A stretch of 48,473 nucleotides of DNA, taken from assembly GCA_023251475.1 (NCBI GenBank), contig JAHEYS010000058.1, positions 1 through 48,473 of the forward strand, read 5' to 3'. This document shows positions 8,783 through 17,899 of this stretch, piece after piece. The translations under genes and the position numbers were made by a program. The notes under the pieces were generated by a model. That model saw only the letters and a program-made list of their open reading frames with translations, was not told the DNA's origin and did no database searches. The stretch comes from Prolixibacteraceae bacterium. GTDB taxonomy: Bacteria > Bacteroidota > Bacteroidia > Bacteroidales > Prolixibacteraceae. Each line of letters starts with the position of its first letter. Within the stretch, counting starts at the first letter, position 1.

Positions 8783-9761
8783 TTTCTTCACCTCCTTCGA
8801 AATAGCGGTAGTAAATATCATCAAGTCCGTATTCTTTCCTATTGATGTAGTTTAGTCCAGCCCCCGATTCAACAATCGCTTTTGCAATCAGGGTCGTCGT
8901 ATCACGTGAACACTCGATTTGAAAAATTTCATTTTTCTTATGCACCGCGTTTACTCCATCAATTTTCTGCAATAGTTGCGGTAACCAGTCAGCTGCATCC
9001 TGACCACCGGAACCATCCTGAGCATCAGGTGCATTATTTGAGACGCCAACTTCAATGATAAACGGGCTTTTGGTGAACAGTTTCTTCGATAGGGTTTGAA
9101 TATCCCCCTCAGCCAATAGCTTTCCGCTTACAAATAATCCGACCCGGTCGCAAACCTGCTGTACATGATGCAGATCGTGAGATGAAAATAGAACTGTCAG
9201 CCCTTCCTCACGGCTCAGCCTGATAATTAATTCGAGGAATTCCTTTACTCCTGTTGGATCAATCCCTAATGTTGGCTCATCAAGGATAATCACTTCGGGA
9301 TTTTTGATCAGCACATCGGCCAGACCAAGACGCTGCAACATTCCCCGGGAATATTTTCCGGTCTTTTTTTCTGCAGCATCTGATAATCCCACGCGTTCAA
9401 GTAGTTGTTCTACTTTCTGTTTCGCTTCATTCCGTGAAAGACGGTTTAACCGGGCTGTAAGCATCAGATTCTCATAACCACTTCGGTTGTAGTAAAATCC
9501 GACATCTTCGGGTAAATACCCGATTCTCCTTTTTACCTCAATCGGATTGGTCGTGGGATCAATGCCACAGACTTTGGCCATTCCGGAAGTTGGCTCTGTC
9601 AAACCGAGCATCATCAGGATCGTAGTTGATTTCCCTGCACCGTTAGGTCCAAGCAAACCGAATATTTCACCTTTCCGGATAGCCAGATTGAGTTGATCAA
9701 CTGCCGTAAAAGATCCGTATTTTTTTTTCAGATCAACCAGTTCAATAATATTCCCGGCCAC
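8775..9761 (-). CDS. ABC transporter ATP-binding protein
   Basis: Walker A (GPNGAGKST), ABC signature (YSRGMLQRLGLA), Walker B (VIILDEPTLGID) and H-loop (SSHDL) are all present. There is a C-terminal extension of about 100 aa. The start is GTG at 9761, 2 nt after the stop of the upstream gene. Confidence 0.95.
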   Translation of the reverse strand: MAGNIIELVDLKKKYGSFTAVDQLNLAIRKGEIFGLLGPNGAGKSTTILMMLGLTEPTSGMAKVCGIDPTTNPIEVKRRIGYLPEDVGFYYNRSGYENLMLTARLNRLSRNEAKQKVEQLLERVGLSDAAEKKTGKYSRGMLQRLGLADVLIKNPEVIILDEPTLGIDPTGVKEFLELIIRLSREEGLTVLFSSHDLHHVQQVCDRVGLFVSGKLLAEGDIQTLSKKLFTKSPFIIEVGVSNNAPDAQDGSGGQDAADWLPQLLQKIDGVNAVHKKNEIFQIECSRDTTTLIAKAIVESGAGLNYINRKEYGLDDIYYRYFEGGEENE

Positions 9762-9763
9762 GA

Positions 9764-10915
9764 TTACCTCCTTCCATATTTACGGAACAGATGATAGACA
9801 CTTCCCAAAGCGACAACGATGATCAATACCCCAATCCATCCCCAGAGCATTGGGGTTTCCACGGAGATCCTGAAAGAGATTTTTGAAGATATCTCAGGTG
9901 TTTTAGCTTCGATATTCGCTACGTAATCTCCCGGGATCGCCTTCTTATCGGCCTTTATGGTCGCATAAATCCGGGCTGATCCCCCGGGAGGAAGTTTGTC
10001 AACTTTTTTGGGATCGAATACGACGCCCCAGTTAACCGGGACAGAAGATTCCGGTTTAATATCGGTAAGTTCCGATGACCCGGTGTTATTAACCACCAGT
10101 TCCAGCTGTTTCGCCTCACCCGCTGTAAGGTTGGCACTTAGTAAACCCGTTGGTGTGGTCAGTTCCATATTGTAAGAACCGGTAATCACCACTTCGAGCT
10201 CCAGGTCTGCTGCCGATGAGCTTGTTGCAGCCCTCACGGGAATTTTATACTTTCCCGCTTCTGTTTTGTCGGGTGCCTTTATTTCGATCGTGACTTGCTG
10301 GGTACTGTTGGGTTCGCTGTTGACTGATGTAACCTGCTGATAATTTGATTTAAATACGACATTCCATCCCCGGGGGGCATCTGCCATTAAGGCATAAAGC
10401 TGCTTATCAGCTGTTTGGTTTTTCAGATTCGTATTGAAGGTAAAGGTCGAATTGACATTTCCCTGCATATTCGATTGCCCGGTGGTAAACTCCGTTTTGA
10501 AGGTTCCCTGCTCCGAAATGTTGATAACCAGCGGTAAGGGATCAAATCCTCCCGCCAGAACTTTGAAATGGTAGTTCCCTTTATTTACTTTCATGGGAAC
10601 ATCCACTTTGAGTGAAAGGGTCTTCCTTTCACCCGGTAAGATGGAGATTTGTCCAATGGTCCAACCTCCCGATTTCAAAACATAATTCCACCCTTTTGGC
10701 ACTCCTGAAACCGATATTTCCGCATTTTTAAGTTCCTTGCTGTTGTTGATCACATCGATCGCATAGTCAATCGATTCACCCGGCGGAACCGAAATCCTGG
10801 TGTAGGGTGTGTACAAGGTCACACTTTCTGTCACTTCATTGGCGTGACTAATTAGGCAAACGATCCCTAATGACAGGGCTAAAAACAGCCTAAACCATCT
10901 CTTTTCTACTGACAT
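9764..10915 (-). CDS. exported, C-terminally membrane-anchored protein with three NEW3/CARDB-like beta-sandwich repeats (COG1470-like)
   Basis: Preferred start is ATG 10915 (MSVEKRWFRLFLALSLGIVCLISHA, signal peptide). Three repeats of about 90 aa each contain a P(K/R/V)(G/N)W motif (VPKGWNYVLK, APRGWNVVFK, VPVNWGVVFD). There is a C-terminal TM helix (MLWGWIGVLIIVVALGSVYHLF). It is the first gene of the ABC operon. Confidence 0.6.
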   Translation of the reverse strand: MSVEKRWFRLFLALSLGIVCLISHANEVTESVTLYTPYTRISVPPGESIDYAIDVINNSKELKNAEISVSGVPKGWNYVLKSGGWTIGQISILPGERKTLSLKVDVPMKVNKGNYHFKVLAGGFDPLPLVINISEQGTFKTEFTTGQSNMQGNVNSTFTFNTNLKNQTADKQLYALMADAPRGWNVVFKSNYQQVTSVNSEPNSTQQVTIEIKAPDKTEAGKYKIPVRAATSSSAADLELEVVITGSYNMELTTPTGLLSANLTAGEAKQLELVVNNTGSSELTDIKPESSVPVNWGVVFDPKKVDKLPPGGSARIYATIKADKKAIPGDYVANIEAKTPEISSKISFRISVETPMLWGWIGVLIIVVALGSVYHLFRKYGRR

Positions 10916-11215
10916 AAAAAATCCTCCGTAATTTTTGTGGTTAAAATTCGGGAGGCAAAAATAAAAAATCTCAAAAAAAAACAAAATTGTAAAAGCCTGG
11001 TAAAATGTTAAGAGTTGCTAAATTTTTTTTAACAGGGAGATTTGAAATCTTAAAAATCTGCCAGCCCGGTGTCGCTATAAAAATCAAATGGTTATCTTTG
11101 ATTTTATAAACCCATCTGTGTTTTTTAAACTATCAGATATGTTATCTAAACGAATTTTAAAGCTGATGATGATCAAGCATATAAAATTTATTGCCAAAAT
11201 TTATTTTAGATATAA

Positions 11216-12067
11216 ATGAATAACAATTTATTGATCCGGATCACCTTTTCTTTTGTTCTGCTCACCTTTTTGGAGAATGTTTCGGGACAGGTTGCAGATT
11301 TTAACCAAATCAGATGGGAAAGGGAAAAAATCGCTCCAGGTCTGATCTGGAAATCATCCCACACGATTCTTGATGATTCAATACCTCAGAATATCAATAT
11401 TCTGATAATCAATCTTCACAAACGAAAGATCGCCCTTTCCTACAATCCGGAAGAAAATATTACTGTCAGCAGACAAGCTACTGGAAACGGGGCTCTCGCC
11501 GCAGTCAACGCAGGATTTTTCAATATTAAAGATGGCGGATCAGTCACCTATATTAAAACCAGAGGTTTGATTACAGACACAGATACGGCAAAAAAATGGA
11601 AGCGGAATCTAAATTTTGATGGTGCAATCGTCATCGATACGAATGGTCAGGCAATTATTGAATATGCAAAAGCAAACCACTATTATGATAGTCATCCTAA
11701 ATACCGGGAGGTTTTGGTTACGGGACCCTTATTAATCAGAAATTGGGCAAAGTCAGTTCTCCCCGTCACATCTCTTGTCGTAAATAAACATCCCCGTACC
11801 TCAATGGGGATCCTTGCACGCCATAGAGTTGTACTGGTAACTGTTGACGGCAGAGCAGTTCAGTCAAAGGGAATGAACCTATCTGAGCTGACTGATTTAA
11901 TGCTTTCATTACATTGTAAAGATGCAGTGAATCTGGATGGCGGAGGCTCTACAACAATGTGGATCACGGGTAAACCGTTCAATGGCGTAGTTAATATGCC
12001 TTCCGACAATAAAAAGTTTGATCATGAAGGTGAGCGGGCAGTTGCTGATATACTGGTTATTAAATAA
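11216..12067 (+). CDS. phosphodiester glycosidase family protein (DUF2233 / NAGPA-like)
   Basis: 283-aa ORF with a signal peptide. It carries the family-typical AAVNAGFF and VNLDGGGSTTMW motifs. Confidence 0.7.
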   Translation: MNNNLLIRITFSFVLLTFLENVSGQVADFNQIRWEREKIAPGLIWKSSHTILDDSIPQNINILIINLHKRKIALSYNPEENITVSRQATGNGALAAVNAGFFNIKDGGSVTYIKTRGLITDTDTAKKWKRNLNFDGAIVIDTNGQAIIEYAKANHYYDSHPKYREVLVTGPLLIRNWAKSVLPVTSLVVNKHPRTSMGILARHRVVLVTVDGRAVQSKGMNLSELTDLMLSLHCKDAVNLDGGGSTTMWITGKPFNGVVNMPSDNKKFDHEGERAVADILVIK

Positions 12068-12414
12068 TATCCCCCAAAACCCGCATTGGATTTGGAACAA
12101 CGTTATAAATTTTCACTCGTTAGCAGGATTTACTTTAAATTATCAGGTGACTACAGCCAATGATATGATGGCCAAAGCGAATTATCAGGGTGATACCTAA
12201 AAATAAATAAATATAAGTTTGCCCAAAATGCAGAATAAGGGAAAGAAGCTGACGGGCCAATTAACAGAACATATCTCAGAATTAAAAGGATCTTTCTAAA
12301 GCAGGCATAATATTATGCAGGTTTATAATAGATTTATCCCATTGCTTTTTAATCCTGAACTTTTGGAATATTTTTTTCATTCGTGATTTTATCGTTCTGC
12401 TGTTGAGAAATTTT

Positions 12415-12422
12415 TACTTTTG
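12415..12422 (+). promoter_or_regulatory. candidate Bacteroidetes -7 promoter element (TAnnTTTG) for the PUL1 sigma gene
   Basis: TACTTTTG is an exact match to the TAnnTTTG consensus and lies 32 nt upstream of ATG 12454. No clear -33 TTTG was seen. Chance matches are common in AT-rich spacers. Confidence 0.25.
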
Positions 12423-12453
12423 ATGCTTGTTCCGTTTCCTCTAATACAAACTA

Positions 12454-13041
12454 ATGAAGGAAGATAAATATATATGGGCTGATTTTAAAAATGATGCGGA
12501 AAATGCCTTGTCGTATATTTATAATCAACACATTGATTTCCTCTTTTTCTATGGTAAGAAATTTACAACTGATGAGGATTTTATCCTGGATATCATTCAG
12601 GATATGTTTTATGATTTAATCAAATACAGGAAAACCCTTGGAGAGACAGATAATATTCGTTTATACCTGATGAAATCGTTCCGAAGAAAACTGTTCCATG
12701 GAATTGAAAGTAAAAGAAAATTGGCACACCTTGATAATGTCTATAATCATGATCCTGACATTGTATTCTCCATCGAAGAGGTGATGATCCATGAGGAAGA
12801 ACAATCGAGAAGAAATAAATATATCAGAGAGGGTTTGCTGGCGTTAAATTCAAAACAACGTGAAGTGATTTATTACAAATTTACCCTGGGATACGATTAT
12901 GATCAGATTTGCGAAATAATGGCTGTCACCTATGATACAGCGCGGCAGTTGGTATCTCGTGGTATAAATTCCCTGAAGCAATTCATGTCTGAAAATGATT
13001 TTATACTTATGTTCATTTACAGAAGAATAACAAATAAATAA
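12454..13041 (+). CDS. ECF-type RNA polymerase sigma-70 factor (PUL1 regulator)
   Basis: 195 aa. The region 2-like block is DFLFFYGKKFTTDEDFILDIIQDMFYDLI. The region 4 HTH is LNSKQREVIYYKFTLGYDYDQICEIMAVTYDTARQLVSRGINSLKQ. It is directly followed by a FecR-type gene. Confidence 0.85.
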   Translation: MKEDKYIWADFKNDAENALSYIYNQHIDFLFFYGKKFTTDEDFILDIIQDMFYDLIKYRKTLGETDNIRLYLMKSFRRKLFHGIESKRKLAHLDNVYNHDPDIVFSIEEVMIHEEEQSRRNKYIREGLLALNSKQREVIYYKFTLGYDYDQICEIMAVTYDTARQLVSRGINSLKQFMSENDFILMFIYRRITNK

Positions 13042-13107
13042 AATATTTCGTCTTTTTTCTGTCACAAAAAGAGCCCTTCTTCCTTTTGTATATAATTAAA
13101 GGAACAG

Positions 13108-14322
13108 ATGACAGAAAAAAAATATTTAGGTTATTCAGTTGAAGATCTGCTTCATGATCAGGAATTTATATCCCTGGTAAAAAACCTGAACACACCGCAG
13201 GAGTGGGAAAGATTCCTTCAGGTTCACATTGAGTCGAAAAATAACATGATTCAGGCGCAAAAAATGATCCTGCTCTTCCAAACGAATGAGGGGGTACTTT
13301 CTGATGAAAGAAAACACAAACTCTGGAACAATATTTCCCATTTCAATCCTATTTCCGCAGGAAATTATAAACTTATCCGGATTAAATCTTTTGCCAGGAT
13401 TGCCGCCACTATTCTGATCATCATTTCACTTGGAGGTTTAGTATATCTTCAGTTTAACCGAAGTGAAAATCAATATCGTTTTTCCGATTCAAGGAATGAC
13501 TTGAAAACTGACAACCCCTTATTAGTACTTTCTAACGGGAAAACGGTTGAATTAAAAAAAACGGAATCGAAAATTGAAGTTTTAAAAGGGAAAGATGCCA
13601 TTCAGATCAATAATGATCAAATTGTGGACAATCAAACATCAAACGATAAAACTTCCATTGAAGCAAAATTTAACGAGGTGATCATCCCGTTTGGTAAAAA
13701 ATCAAAACTTATTTTAGAAGATGGTACAACAGTATGGCTAAATGCCGGAAGCCGCTTTGCTTTCCCTCAAAAATTTAATCGAAATAAAAGAGAAGTCCTT
13801 CTTGATGGTGAGGCATATTTTGAAGTTGCAAAAAATGTCCAAAAGCCATTTTTAATTTCAACAGGTGATATTAAAATAGAAGTTCTGGGTACCAAATTCA
13901 ATGTTAGTGCTTATCGTTCGGATAATCAAAGCGAGACTGTTTTATTGGAGGGAAGTGTCAATATTTGGGATAACGGTAAGCTTTTTAAAGATAAAATCCT
14001 GATGGTTCCAAACCAGAAAGCCACTTATAGCAAATCCGGGAAAAACATTGTCCTGGAACCAGAAAAGGAACCTGGATTGTCTATTGCATGGGTAGAAGGA
14101 TGGTACCAGTTTAAAAACGAAAATCTGGAAAAAGTATTTTTAAAACTTGAAAAATACTATAACGTTCGTTTTAAATACGATCAAAAAATAATTTCAGGCT
14201 TACTACCTGTTTCCGGGAAATTAGACCTCAAAGATTCATTGGATGAGGTAATGGCCGTATTATCGAAGGTCGCCAAATTTAAATATCAGATCTCCGGGAA
14301 TAGTGTCATAATTATCAAATAA
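13108..14322 (+). CDS. FecR-family anti-sigma factor / transmembrane sensor
   Basis: 404 aa with one central TM helix (IAATILIIISLGGLVYL). The FecR core is LILEDGTTVWLNAGSRFAFP...REVLLDGEAYFEVAKN..KPFLIST.DIKIEVLGTKFNVSAY. Confidence 0.9.
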   Translation: MTEKKYLGYSVEDLLHDQEFISLVKNLNTPQEWERFLQVHIESKNNMIQAQKMILLFQTNEGVLSDERKHKLWNNISHFNPISAGNYKLIRIKSFARIAATILIIISLGGLVYLQFNRSENQYRFSDSRNDLKTDNPLLVLSNGKTVELKKTESKIEVLKGKDAIQINNDQIVDNQTSNDKTSIEAKFNEVIIPFGKKSKLILEDGTTVWLNAGSRFAFPQKFNRNKREVLLDGEAYFEVAKNVQKPFLISTGDIKIEVLGTKFNVSAYRSDNQSETVLLEGSVNIWDNGKLFKDKILMVPNQKATYSKSGKNIVLEPEKEPGLSIAWVEGWYQFKNENLEKVFLKLEKYYNVRFKYDQKIISGLLPVSGKLDLKDSLDEVMAVLSKVAKFKYQISGNSVIIIK

Positions 14323-14368
14323 TATTAAAATAGTTGCCTATGACAAATTAATAGAGTTAATAAAGAAG

Positions 14369-14400
14369 AAAACCGGGGAGATTGCGCCTCCACCGGTTTT
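14369..14400 (+). terminator. stem-loop with 3' T-run between the anti-sigma gene and susC (terminator or attenuator-like)
   Basis: The sequence is aaaaccggggag-attgcgc-ctcc(a)ccggtttt. The outer stem AAAACCGG/CCGGTTTT is extended by GGAG/CTCC. TTTT follows, 47 nt before ATG 14447. Confidence 0.35.
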
Positions 14401-14446
14401 CAATGTTTATCGTGATTTGGTATTAAGTAATAAACAAAGTAAAAGT

Positions 14447-17400
14447 ATGAAAAAAAATCGAATCGGCTTATGCTGTTTATATGACAGCATTCAAGATTAT
14501 TTATTTAAAATGAAACTGCTAGCTTTTTTAATATTCGTGTCGATAGCCTCCGTAACAGCGAACAGCTATTCCCAGCAGACAAAATTTAATTTAAGTCTGG
14601 AGAATACTTCAGTAGGCCTAGTCATTCAGGAAATTGAGAAGAACAGCGAATTTATATTTTTATACAGTGAAAAATCTGTCGATGTCAATCGGAAAGTCAA
14701 TGTAAAAGTTGAAGATGAAACTGTAAATTCAATTCTGGATCAGTTATTTAAGGGAACAAATAACTATTACGAAATCCATGAACGGCAAATTGTAATCCTA
14801 CCTTCGGAATCGAAAGAACTTCAACCAGTGGTGAATTCCAAAAGTGAAATCATGCAACAACAAAAGAAATTGATTTCAGGAATCATTACCGACGCAAAAG
14901 GAGTTGCTATTCCAGGAGCCACTGTTCTGGTGAAAGGAACAACGATTGGGATTACATCCGATAATAACGGAAAATTTCAATTTTCCATCCCGGATGATGC
15001 TAAAATACTGGTTTTTTCATTTATAGGAATGAAAAAACAGGAAGTGGTCATTAATGGAAAACTCAACTTTGCGGTTACTTTAGAAGATGAATCAGTTGGA
15101 GTGGATGAAGTTACCATTGTTGCTTTTGGAAAACAAAAAAAGGAGAGTGTGATTGGTTCAATTACCACGGTCAAGCCTGCCGACCTGAAGGTGCCATCCA
15201 GCAATTTGACTACTGCATTGGCAGGCAACGTAGCTGGTATCATCGCCTATCAGCGATCTGGTGAGCCAGGTCAGGATAACGCCGACTTCTTCGTCCGGGG
15301 TATTACCACTTTCGGCGCCAATACCAGACCGCTGATCCTGATCGATAATATTGAACTGACAAGTACGGATCTGGCCCGTCTGCAGCCTGATGATATTGAG
15401 AGTTTCTCCATCATGAAAGATGCTACAGCCACTGCACTCTACGGAGCACGTGGGGCAAACGGAGTAATTCTGGTAACCACCAAACGAGGGAAGGAAGGTC
15501 CTGCAAAGATTTTTGCCCGATTTGAAACATCAGTTTCTGCTCCTACAAAGAACATTCAATTGTCAGATCCGGTCACCTATATGAAGTCCTATAACGAAGC
15601 GATAGCAACCCGCGACCCATTGGGTGATTTGATGTATAGCAACGATAAGATCGAGCAGACTGGCAAACCTAATGCCAACCGACTGATTTATCCGAGTAAC
15701 GACTGGTATAAAATGTTGTTTAAGGATTACTCAAACAGCTCGCGTGCCAACGTGTCGATGAGTGGTGGCGGCAAGATCTCTTCGTACTATGTATCCGGAG
15801 CTTTCACGCATGATTCTGGTATTCTGAATGTCGACAAACGCAACTCATTTAACAACAACATCAATTCAAAAAACTACACCCTGCGTGCCAACGTGGATAT
15901 CAACATGACTGAAACCACAAGGTTGTCTGTTCGGTTGACGGGTAACTTTGACGATTATTCCGGCCCTCTTAACGGTGGGAGCGCTGTATACAACCAGGTC
16001 ATGCATTCTGATCCGGTTTTGTTTCCGGCTTATTATCCTGAAGATAAGGAACACATTGGGTATAAGCACATCATGTTTGGAAACTACGATGATGGCAGTT
16101 ACATCAACCCCTATGCAGAAATGGTCCGTGGTTACAAGGATTATAACCGTTCGCAAATGATTGCTGCGGTGGAACTGAACCAAAAACTTGATTTCATCAC
16201 CAAGGGGTTACAATTTATGTCACTCTTTAACCTGACCCGTTATTCCGATTTTTCCATTTATCGCAGCTTTTCGCCTTACTGGTATGCGATGGATAATTAT
16301 GATTCTTATACTGGAGAATATCATATCACCCGTTTAAATGAAAATGGAACCGATTACCTGACTTATGGTGAGGGTCAAAAGAATGTAATCAATACGCTGT
16401 ATTCTGAAAGCCGTTTGAACTGGGCCCGCGAATTCGACAAAAACAGTCTCAGCGGTTTGCTGGTATTTACCGCCCGCGAGCGGCTTGAAGCCAACGCCGG
16501 TTCATTGCAACTGTCACTCCCCTCACGAAATGCAGGATTGGCAGGACGTTTTACCTATGGATGGAACAGCAAGTACTTCAGTGAATTTAACTTCGGCTAT
16601 AATGGTTCAGAGCGCTTTTCGAAGAACCATCGCTGGGGTTTCTTCCCCTCCTTTGGTCTTGCCTGGGTCGTGTCAAAAGAAAATTTCTTTGAACCGCTGA
16701 AAACGGTGGTCTCGAACCTTAAACTGCGCTATTCCTATGGTCTTGTAGGAAACGATAACATTGGTTCAGCATCAAACCGTTTCTACTATTTATCGGAAAT
16801 GGATATGACAGATGAAAGCAGAATGTCCTATTACGGCGAAAACCGGGGCGTTTCCGGTACAGGTATCTCTGTGTTGCGGTATGCAAACGATGCGATCACC
16901 TGGGAAAAGTCGCTGAAAAGAAACTATGCCGCAGAAATTGGTTTGTTTGGTAAGGTCGATGTGATTGCCGAATATTTTACAGAAGACCGTTCCGACATCT
17001 TTATGACCCGTGCTGATATCCCCAACACAATGGGGCTTCAATCAAACATTGCTGCAAACATTGGTAAGGCCACCTCAAAGGGTGTTGATATTCAGGCCGA
17101 CTATAAACAGAGCTGGAACAAGCATTTCTGGTCATCGGCCCGTGCTAACTTTACTTACTCCACCAGCAAGTACAAGGTTTATGAGGAGCCAGAGTATAAA
17201 GAATCCTGGCGTATGCACGCAGGTCACCCCATCGGGCAAACCTGGGGCTATATCGCTGAACGTTTGTTTATCGATGATGAAGATGCATTGGCCAGTCCTT
17301 CTCAGAAAGCTTTTGGTTCACAGTATGGAGGGGGTGATATCAAGTATACCGACGTAAACCAGGATGGTGTTATTTCTGAAGCCGACAGGGTACCTATTGG

Positions 17401-17890
17401 AAACCCGACCACTCCTGAAATCATATACGGTTTTGGATTCTCTCTGGGTTACAAGGGAATTGATGCATCTATGTTTTTCCAGGGATTAGCCAATGAGTCA
17501 TTCTGGATCGATGCAGCCGACATGTCTCCCTTTGTTGGAGACACCCAACTGTTGAAGGAAATCGACGAAAGCCACTGGAGTGAAAATAACCGAGATATCT
17601 ACGCTTTCTGGCCACGATATAGCTCATACAGGAATAACAATAATACTCCGGTGAGTACCTGGTGGATGCGCGATGGATCCTTCCTCCGGCTAAAGCAATT
17701 GGAATTGGGTTACACACTTCCTCAAAAATTGACCCAAAAACTTCACATCTCCAACTTCCGTACATATCTGAACGGAACCAACCTTTTTAGCTGGAATAAA
17801 TTTAAGATGTGGGATCCTGAAATGGGTAGTTCTGGTCTAAATTATCCTTTACAGAGAACATTCAACATTGGTATTAATATAACATTTTAA
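14447..17890 (+). CDS. susC: SusC/RagA-family TonB-dependent outer-membrane transporter with N-terminal STN signalling domain
   Basis: - STN domain: LSLENTSVGLVIQEIEKNSEFIFLYSEKSVD...
- CarboxypepD_reg-like domain: ISGIITDAKGVAIPGATVLVKGT
- TonB-box/plug: DEVTIVAFGKQKKES, PLILIDNIEL..DIESFSIMKDATATALYGARGANGVILVTTKRG
- C-terminal ...NIGINITF

The ORF track starts at TTG 14417. I prefer ATG 14447. Confidence 0.95.
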   Translation: MKKNRIGLCCLYDSIQDYLFKMKLLAFLIFVSIASVTANSYSQQTKFNLSLENTSVGLVIQEIEKNSEFIFLYSEKSVDVNRKVNVKVEDETVNSILDQLFKGTNNYYEIHERQIVILPSESKELQPVVNSKSEIMQQQKKLISGIITDAKGVAIPGATVLVKGTTIGITSDNNGKFQFSIPDDAKILVFSFIGMKKQEVVINGKLNFAVTLEDESVGVDEVTIVAFGKQKKESVIGSITTVKPADLKVPSSNLTTALAGNVAGIIAYQRSGEPGQDNADFFVRGITTFGANTRPLILIDNIELTSTDLARLQPDDIESFSIMKDATATALYGARGANGVILVTTKRGKEGPAKIFARFETSVSAPTKNIQLSDPVTYMKSYNEAIATRDPLGDLMYSNDKIEQTGKPNANRLIYPSNDWYKMLFKDYSNSSRANVSMSGGGKISSYYVSGAFTHDSGILNVDKRNSFNNNINSKNYTLRANVDINMTETTRLSVRLTGNFDDYSGPLNGGSAVYNQVMHSDPVLFPAYYPEDKEHIGYKHIMFGNYDDGSYINPYAEMVRGYKDYNRSQMIAAVELNQKLDFITKGLQFMSLFNLTRYSDFSIYRSFSPYWYAMDNYDSYTGEYHITRLNENGTDYLTYGEGQKNVINTLYSESRLNWAREFDKNSLSGLLVFTARERLEANAGSLQLSLPSRNAGLAGRFTYGWNSKYFSEFNFGYNGSERFSKNHRWGFFPSFGLAWVVSKENFFEPLKTVVSNLKLRYSYGLVGNDNIGSASNRFYYLSEMDMTDESRMSYYGENRGVSGTGISVLRYANDAITWEKSLKRNYAAEIGLFGKVDVIAEYFTEDRSDIFMTRADIPNTMGLQSNIAANIGKATSKGVDIQADYKQSWNKHFWSSARANFTYSTSKYKVYEEPEYKESWRMHAGHPIGQTWGYIAERLFIDDEDALASPSQKAFGSQYGGGDIKYTDVNQDGVISEADRVPIGNPTTPEIIYGFGFSLGYKGIDASMFFQGLANESFWIDAADMSPFVGDTQLLKEIDESHWSENNRDIYAFWPRYSSYRNNNNTPVSTWWMRDGSFLRLKQLELGYTLPQKLTQKLHISNFRTYLNGTNLFSWNKFKMWDPEMGSSGLNYPLQRTFNIGINITF

Positions 17891-17899
17891 TAGTATAAA

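Noticed and set aside
11038-11104. AT-rich palindromes (AGATTTGAAATCT at 11038-11050; AAAATCAAA-N9-TTTGATTTT at 11078-11104) in the divergent promoter region
   Set aside because: Short A/T palindromes are expected by chance in a spacer this AT-rich. I have no second copy or conservation evidence, so I do not call them operators.
12018-12200. 60-aa + strand ORF overlapping the end of the phosphodiester glycosidase gene and running into the spacer
   Set aside because: It overlaps the supported gene out of frame and has no motifs or signal. It is likely spurious.
12305-12318. Perfect 14-bp palindrome GCATAATATTATGC upstream of the PUL1 sigma gene
   Set aside because: It could be an operator. 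But it is a single AT-rich occurrence about 140 nt from the start codon, with no counterpart upstream of the paralogous PUL2 sigma gene. That is not enough support to call it a regulatory site.
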